Below, piece by piece: positions 14,934 to 20,000 of a stretch of DNA of 20,000 bases. Positions within the stretch are counted from its first letter, which is position 1, and every line of letters begins with the position of its first letter. The position numbers were made by a program, and so were the translations under genes. The DNA comes from an uncultured virus (IMG/VR IMGVR_UViG_3300034062_004002). Taxonomy: Duplodnaviria > Heunggongvirae > Uroviricota > Caudoviricetes. Under the pieces are notes generated by a model, which ran no database searches, was not told the DNA's origin, and saw only the letters and a program-made list of their open reading frames with translations. Location: the IMG/VR virus record IMGVR_UViG_3300034062_004002, one strand, 5' to 3'.

Positions 14934-15566
14934 ATGAGTGTTACCATTTTAATTACCGAAGAACAAAAAAGAAAATTATTATCCGAATCATCTGGTGATG
15001 GTCTTGGGGACATTATTAAACAAAATTACAAATTTGCGGAAAAAATTATTAAAGATTCTTCACAACAAATTGGTATTAATCTAGAATTTTTAATTACTTG
15101 GGGAGCAACTATTGGTGGTTTTGTTGGCCCGTTGGAAGATTTTCTTGCAAATAGACATCCTGAACTTTCAGACCTTGAGATTAGTTTAATCTTGATGGGC
15201 GTTATTGCGACCTACTATATTGATAATAAAATATTTGTAACTAAAATACACAATAAAATAAAAGAAGAAGGGTTAATAAAACCGTTTAAAACAGTTCTAA
15301 CAAAAAGTGAAGAACTAAAAGAAGTTTTTTTAGATTTTATTAGTAGTTTAGGGATTACTCTTCATAAGGTGACTAACATCATGAGTTACACTTTTATTAT
15401 TCCACTAATCCCAATGATTTATAATTTATCCAAAGGGTCTCCTGATTCGGTTGAGCCATCACATATTGCACAACGATTATTTGGTTTTGGACTTCTAACT
15501 ATTTCAGGAATAATTTTAAAAGAATTAATCAATAAGTTGATTAAACGGTTCCGAAGTAAAAGTTAA
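14934..15566 (+). CDS. Hypothetical membrane protein (210 aa)
   Basis: ILITEEQKRKLLSE leader and three to four hydrophobic segments. Confidence 0.8.
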   Translation: MSVTILITEEQKRKLLSESSGDGLGDIIKQNYKFAEKIIKDSSQQIGINLEFLITWGATIGGFVGPLEDFLANRHPELSDLEISLILMGVIATYYIDNKIFVTKIHNKIKEEGLIKPFKTVLTKSEELKEVFLDFISSLGITLHKVTNIMSYTFIIPLIPMIYNLSKGSPDSVEPSHIAQRLFGFGLLTISGIILKELINKLIKRFRSKS

Positions 15567-16537
15567 GGTTTTTTATACTTCAACAATTTATTAATAACGA
15601 TTTTTTGTTCCTTATCATTTAACTGGTGAATTTCTCCATGAGTTTTAAACCAATTTCTAACAACCGTTTCAAACGGCACTTTTCGTAGTCTTGAAAGTCG
15701 TTTAAAACCTGCGACTTGGGCAGGAATCTCATGAGCCTGTAAGTAATATTTTAATGGGACAGTTTCTTCTTCATCATCATCATCAAATTCTCCACGATAT
15801 TCTTGTAATGAATGTTCCAACTCATGAGCCAACACCTCATTCAATTCACCAATTATCTCATATAATGACGTTTTTAAATCTGATGGATTATACACAATAC
15901 TAATTTCAATAGTGTCGTCCTCTGGCGAATATTCAGCATTTAATTTATATCCATCAAAACTATCGTCATGACTAACATATAGGTCAACAGAAAATTCAAC
16001 AGGGAACCTATCGAATTCATACCCACCACCATAATCATTGTCGGGTAAGGTGTAATCACCTTCCTCTTCGGTTTTTAAAATCTTTACAATGTCTTTAACA
16101 ACATTTCTAATCGCATATCTTGTCATTTTTTGTTCTTGTATATTTTCTTTTTCAGGTAATTCTATATTAATTTTACCAATATGAATTTTAATATTAGGGT
16201 CAAAGTTAATCAAAATATTTCTAATATCTCCAAGTATTTGTTGTTTAAAGAAAAATAAATTATTGTCAAAAAAACTCTTCCAAAACTCTTGTTCTTTCGT
16301 ATCATTAGAACTAAATATTAGTTGACTTAACTTATCTCTAAAATTAAATATTGTTAAGGAGATGTTGATATAATCATAATACTGTCCAACACTAATCCTT
16401 TTTGTATACCCAATGATTTCAAATTTATAATCTAAATCCACAATTGTTATGGTGTTAAAAATCATAAGTCCTTGGTAGTTAAAGGTCTTATTCTCTAAAA
16501 ACTTATTAAGTCTATTAATCTCTTGGTTGGTTAACAT
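15563..16537 (-). CDS. Two-domain protein with a C-terminal zincin-like (HExxH) domain
   Basis: EVLAHELEHSLQ with a downstream YYLQAHEIPA supplying a candidate third ligand (Glu). TATTTAT lies 4 nt upstream (16542-16548). Confidence 0.65.
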   Translation of the reverse strand: MLTNQEINRLNKFLENKTFNYQGLMIFNTITIVDLDYKFEIIGYTKRISVGQYYDYINISLTIFNFRDKLSQLIFSSNDTKEQEFWKSFFDNNLFFFKQQILGDIRNILINFDPNIKIHIGKINIELPEKENIQEQKMTRYAIRNVVKDIVKILKTEEEGDYTLPDNDYGGGYEFDRFPVEFSVDLYVSHDDSFDGYKLNAEYSPEDDTIEISIVYNPSDLKTSLYEIIGELNEVLAHELEHSLQEYRGEFDDDDEEETVPLKYYLQAHEIPAQVAGFKRLSRLRKVPFETVVRNWFKTHGEIHQLNDKEQKIVINKLLKYKKP

Positions 16538-16590
16538 TATTATAAATATATTTAGTTGTCTTTAATGTTCGTTTTTACTATACTTTAATT

Positions 16591-17010
16591 ATGGAATTAT
16601 TAAACACTCACCCAATCAAAAAATCCGACTTAGGGTTTCATGGTAACCTATTTGGGGGTAAGTTATTAGCTTGGATTGATGCTGCTGCGGCAGGATACTC
16701 AATGCAACTATGTGATTCGCCAAGAATGGTTACCGTCTCAATTGATAAATGTAACTTTGAGAAACCCGCAAGGGAAAGTCAATTATTAAAAATTTATGGG
16801 TTCCCAACGGAAGTTGGTAATACATCAGTTACCCTTTATATGGAGGCACGAGCTCACAATGTGTATACAGGTAAACAAATATTAGTTCTAAAAACACATA
16901 TTAAATTTGTCCATATTGATGAAGAAGGTAACCCAATTCCAATCGGAGAAAAAGGTAAAAATAGAATTAATCAATTAATTGAATTAAATACAATAAAAAA
17001 TGATGAATAA
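16591..17010 (+). CDS. Acyl-CoA thioesterase (hotdog fold, YciA-like)
   Basis: SDLGFHGNLFGGKLLAWIDAAA, VTVSIDKCNFEKP, VGNTSV and FVHIDEEGNP motifs. Confidence 0.9.
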   Translation: MELLNTHPIKKSDLGFHGNLFGGKLLAWIDAAAAGYSMQLCDSPRMVTVSIDKCNFEKPARESQLLKIYGFPTEVGNTSVTLYMEARAHNVYTGKQILVLKTHIKFVHIDEEGNPIPIGEKGKNRINQLIELNTIKNDE

Positions 17011-18025
17011 AAAATTTGACTTCAAAGACATTACGTTAGTTCCTGAAACTATCTCCTCAATCAATAGTCGTTCACAAATTGACATTTTTACCGAGGACAA
17101 TAAATTACCAATTTTTGTATCCCCGATGGACACTGTAGTTGATGATGAAAATTACAATTTATTCTTAGATAAAAAATTGGAGGTCTGTTTACCTAGATTT
17201 CAACACGGTAATAATACATTTTCGTCAATTTCATTAGATGAATTTGAATATGTGCTTGAATGGTATGGTAACGATGAATCAGACGAGGAGATTAATATTC
17301 TCGTAGATATCGCAAATGGTCATATGGTAAAATTATATGACCTATGTAAAAAGTTTTGTGAAATTAGAACAAATCCAAAACATAGACTAATTGTTGGTAA
17401 TATCGCAAACCCAAAAACCTATGAAAAGTTTGCAAAACTTGGTGTTGATTTTATTCGTGTGGGTATTGGTGGTGGTAGTGGTTGTTTAACATCAGCAAAT
17501 ACAGGTGTTCATTACCCAATGGCGTCATTAATTAACGAGTGTTATCAAATCAAAAAAAACGGTGGATATACGACTAAGATTATTGCTGATGGTGGGTTCA
17601 GAAATTATGACGATATTATTAAAGCGTTAGCTCTTGGTGCGGATTATGTTATGTTAGGTGGAGTATTAAACAAAACATTAGAGTCTTGTTCTCCAACTAA
17701 ATTATTCAAATTGATTACATTGTCTGATGAGCGTTCTTCATATCTTTGGAAAACCTTCCCAAAAACTAGGAAGTATTTTTATAAAGAATTTAGAGGAATG
17801 AGCACTAAGGAAGTCCAAAGAAAATGGGGTAAAAAGAACCTAACAACGTCTGAAGGAATTGTTAAATATAATCAGGTGGAATATACTTTAGGGTCTTGGA
17901 TTGACAACTTTAAGGATTATTTAAAGTCAGCAATGTCCTACACAAATTCATCTACTCTTGAGGAGTTTAAAGACTCTGAATTTATTTTCATAACTGAGAA
18001 CGCATTAAAAAGATTTAATAAATAA
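17000..18025 (+). CDS. guaC: IMPDH/GMP reductase family protein, most likely GMP reductase
   Basis: FDFKDITLVP, SPMDTV, VDIANGH, RVGIGGGSGCLT (catalytic Cys), IIADGG, GADYVMLG, FRGMST...SEG and LKSAMSY. No CBS domains, and no Arg-Tyr dyad in the flap as IMPDH would have. Confidence 0.8.
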   Translation: MMNKKFDFKDITLVPETISSINSRSQIDIFTEDNKLPIFVSPMDTVVDDENYNLFLDKKLEVCLPRFQHGNNTFSSISLDEFEYVLEWYGNDESDEEINILVDIANGHMVKLYDLCKKFCEIRTNPKHRLIVGNIANPKTYEKFAKLGVDFIRVGIGGGSGCLTSANTGVHYPMASLINECYQIKKNGGYTTKIIADGGFRNYDDIIKALALGADYVMLGGVLNKTLESCSPTKLFKLITLSDERSSYLWKTFPKTRKYFYKEFRGMSTKEVQRKWGKKNLTTSEGIVKYNQVEYTLGSWIDNFKDYLKSAMSYTNSSTLEEFKDSEFIFITENALKRFNK

Positions 18026-18042
18026 CTAACATATTTAATCTT

Positions 18043-18135
18043 GTGAAAAATTATTCTAAAATATTATATGACATATATGTCAGAGTCTATTTAACTACAA
18101 TTAAAGTTACCGAAATACTTAAAATTTTCCTATAA
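18043..18135 (+). CDS. Possible 30-aa microprotein (GTG start)
   Basis: MKNYSKILYDIYVRVYLTTIKVTEILKIFL* fills the gap and follows TATTTAAT. Weak support. Confidence 0.3.
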   Translation: MKNYSKILYDIYVRVYLTTIKVTEILKIFL

Positions 18136-18163
18136 TTCACTATCTATTACCATTATAATCCCT

Positions 18164-18171
18164 TATCTTTG
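18164..18171 (+). promoter_or_regulatory. -7 promoter element TATCTTTG
   Basis: TAnnTTTG, 4 nt upstream of the ATG at 18176. Confidence 0.7.
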
Positions 18172-18175
18172 TTGT

Positions 18176-18595
18176 ATGAAAAAAATACTGTATATTGTTA
18201 GAGGGATTCCGGGTTCAGGAAAATCAACTTTTGCCGAAAAATTAGTTGGTGAAGACTTTTTAGTTTGTGAGGCGGACAAATATTTTATTGATAAAGAAAC
18301 GGGTGAATATAAATTTGACGTTTCTAAAATCAAAAATGCTCATAAATTCTGTCAAGATAGGGTGGAAACCTATATGAAAGATTCATTATTGAATGACCAA
18401 TTTTATCGAGAAATCGCGGTATCTAATACGTTCACACAAGAGTGGGAAATGGAAATCTATTTCAAATTAGCGAAACAATATGATTATACTGTTTTTACGG
18501 TGATTGTCGAAAATCGTCATGGTGGGGTAAATCAACACGGAGTTCCTGAAGATAAGATTCAATTAATGAAAGATAGGTTTGAAATAAAATTATAA
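18176..18595 (+). CDS. P-loop kinase (AAA_33 / N4BP2-like polynucleotide-kinase type)
   Basis: Walker A RGIPGSGKST, EADKYF, AHKFCQ, VSNTFTQEWE and NQHGVPEDKIQLM. Confidence 0.88.
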   Translation: MKKILYIVRGIPGSGKSTFAEKLVGEDFLVCEADKYFIDKETGEYKFDVSKIKNAHKFCQDRVETYMKDSLLNDQFYREIAVSNTFTQEWEMEIYFKLAKQYDYTVFTVIVENRHGGVNQHGVPEDKIQLMKDRFEIKL

Positions 18596-18599
18596 AGAC

Positions 18600-18806
18600 A
18601 TGGAAAAATCATCAAAAATATTATGGTTGATACTATTAGTGTCAAGAATCTATATTACATATAAATTAATTACTTTATTGTATTTAACCCAATTAAATCC
18701 TGTTGAATATCCGATGGATAAATTAACTTGGTGGGGTTATTTATTGTTATTTGATATTTGGTTACAACTCGTGTTACCACCAATGGAAAAGAATAAAGAA
18801 GATTAA
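18600..18806 (+). CDS. Small membrane protein (two hydrophobic segments)
   Basis: 68-aa ORF 4 nt after the kinase stop codon. Confidence 0.75.
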   Translation: MEKSSKILWLILLVSRIYITYKLITLLYLTQLNPVEYPMDKLTWWGYLLLFDIWLQLVLPPMEKNKED

Positions 18807-18829
18807 TTTTTTTTATAACCCCATCGAAA

Positions 18830-18861
18830 AACCCACAAATCTTTACTTTATGGGATGTAAG
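18830..18861 (+). mobile_element. Possible degenerate IS200/IS605 (IS1341-type) end hairpin
   Basis: CCCACAAA-TCTTTAC-TTTATGGG-ATGTAAG resembles recalled CCCAC..CTTTAG..GTGGGATG termini. No tnpA or tnpB nearby. Confidence 0.35.
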
Positions 18862-18918
18862 ATAAATTCAGATGAATAATTCAGAATAAATGAATATTTA
18901 TAAATAAAGAAATTTCAA

Positions 18919-19428
18919 ATGAAAAAAATTACTATAGACGAGCAAAAACTTCGTAAAATAATTAGACAACATATTTTAGAAGAACAACGCATCGAACCTA
19001 AAAAAGACGGTGAACAAAAACAAAGATGTGTTCCTGAGAATGTTATCCCATTAGACCATATTGTTGGTCCTTCTAAGAACTTTAAAAACTACACTTCAAG
19101 TCTCTATAAAAGAGACGGTGGAATTAACGGTATGGTCGATACTTTAGATATGTTAAAAACATTAAGACTTCATGACGTTAATGATGGTGGAGAACATTTA
19201 TCATATAACCTAATGAACCATATCAACGGTTTTAGAAATAAGAATTATCATGATGAGACAAACAACGAATGTATTAAAGCAATGGATAAGGTAATTGAAT
19301 TATACAAAGAAAATGAGCACGGAGAAGAATTGGTTAAGGATATTGAAAAAGTATTAAAACATTCAGACCCAACACCAAGAGCTAAAGAATATTTAAAGAG
19401 ATGTTTAACATTAGTAAAAGAAAAATAA
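18919..19428 (+). CDS. Hypothetical protein (169 aa), probable late/head protein
   Basis: MKKITIDEQKLRKIIRQHILEEQ leader, TATTTAT at 18895-18901. Confidence 0.8.
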   Translation: MKKITIDEQKLRKIIRQHILEEQRIEPKKDGEQKQRCVPENVIPLDHIVGPSKNFKNYTSSLYKRDGGINGMVDTLDMLKTLRLHDVNDGGEHLSYNLMNHINGFRNKNYHDETNNECIKAMDKVIELYKENEHGEELVKDIEKVLKHSDPTPRAKEYLKRCLTLVKEK

Positions 19429-19476
19429 TCCTCGAAAGAGGGCTTTTTGGACCGTTATCGTTATGATAACAAAATT

Positions 19477-19508
19477 AAGGGGGAAGTTCGCTACTACCCC
19501 TTTTTTTA
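19477..19508 (+). terminator. Intrinsic terminator, last of three consecutive hairpins
   Basis: AAGGGG...CCCCTT followed by a T run. Confidence 0.65.
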
Positions 19509-19568
19509 TGCGAAGATGAATAATAGGAATAAATTGATAAATGTAAATATTTATTAATAAAAAAGACT

Positions 19569-19877
19569 ATGGAAAACAAAACTTATTTTTTAGGGTGGAC
19601 AAACATTAAATGGTTTATTAGTGAGATTGGTAAAATCTATTCAGGAGAAAATTCTTATTTCTCCAAGAAAAGAATTGAATCAGGAATCGCATTTATCGTT
19701 GCACAATGGGGTATGATTTATTTTTTACTTGAGAAACTACCAACAATGACATCATCTGATATGGCAATTTGGTCAGGTATTGAATTTGCGGTTTCGGGGT
19801 ATATTATAAACCAAATCCAAAAAGAAAAAAAACAAGACCCAACGACTGAGGAACCAACTCAAGACGTAATTAATTAA
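19569..19877 (+). CDS. Small two-TM membrane protein, holin-like topology
   Basis: YFSKKRIES followed by two hydrophobic helices and a charged C-terminal tail. TATTTAT at 19548-19554. Confidence 0.6.
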   Translation: MENKTYFLGWTNIKWFISEIGKIYSGENSYFSKKRIESGIAFIVAQWGMIYFLLEKLPTMTSSDMAIWSGIEFAVSGYIINQIQKEKKQDPTTEEPTQDVIN

Positions 19878-19897
19878 ATAAAAATATTACTTTCATG

Positions 19898-20000
19898 TTA
19901 TTTAATTTCAAATGCGTTTAATATAACACGTTTTAGTTTTTTAGCATCTTCTTTATTACCAATCACAACACCATCTTTAATAGTGAACGCGTGTCCTTTA
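19898..20000 (-). CDS. 3' end of a hypothetical protein entering from outside the window
   Basis: ...KGHAFTIKDGVVIGNKEDAKKLKRVILNAFEIK* with TAA at 19900-19898. Confidence 0.75.
   Translation of the reverse strand, partial: KGHAFTIKDGVVIGNKEDAKKLKRVILNAFEIK

Noticed and set aside
1..20000. Stop-codon reassignment as seen in some large Bacteroidota phages
   Set aside because: Standard code 11 gives dense, uninterrupted genes; TAG and TGA both end well-formed ORFs, and no valid suppressor tRNA was found.

Overview
AT-rich, gene-dense segment that reads as part of a large (jumbo-type) tailed-phage genome, probably infecting Bacteroidota. This is inferred from TAnnTTTG/-33 TTTG promoters, the lack of Shine-Dalgarno sites before genes, a lipoprotein, tRNA genes and many small ORFans. 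Bases 1-4240 form a minus-strand RNA-rich island. It holds a cyclic-phosphate-processing receiver-domain gene, a ~460-490 nt highly structured non-coding RNA with its own promoter and terminator, a 94-nt hairpin RNA, tRNA-Leu(UAG), an 88-nt tRNA-like element with an aberrant centre, a 116-nt five-way-junction RNA, a 38-nt tRNA minihelix, and a gene split by a TTT-TAA +1 frameshift. Next come three glycosyltransferase-like genes (4291-7406), then a block of probable late/virion genes preceded by a TATTTAT motif and rich in [IL]-x-E sites, and then metabolic genes (acyl-CoA thioesterase, GMP reductase-like, P-loop kinase). The best candidates for something new are the large ncRNA with its neighbouring tRNA-mimic/structured RNAs, and an orphan extended Shine-Dalgarno element in a 3' UTR (7524-7539). 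All family calls come from motif recognition by eye; no searches were run.
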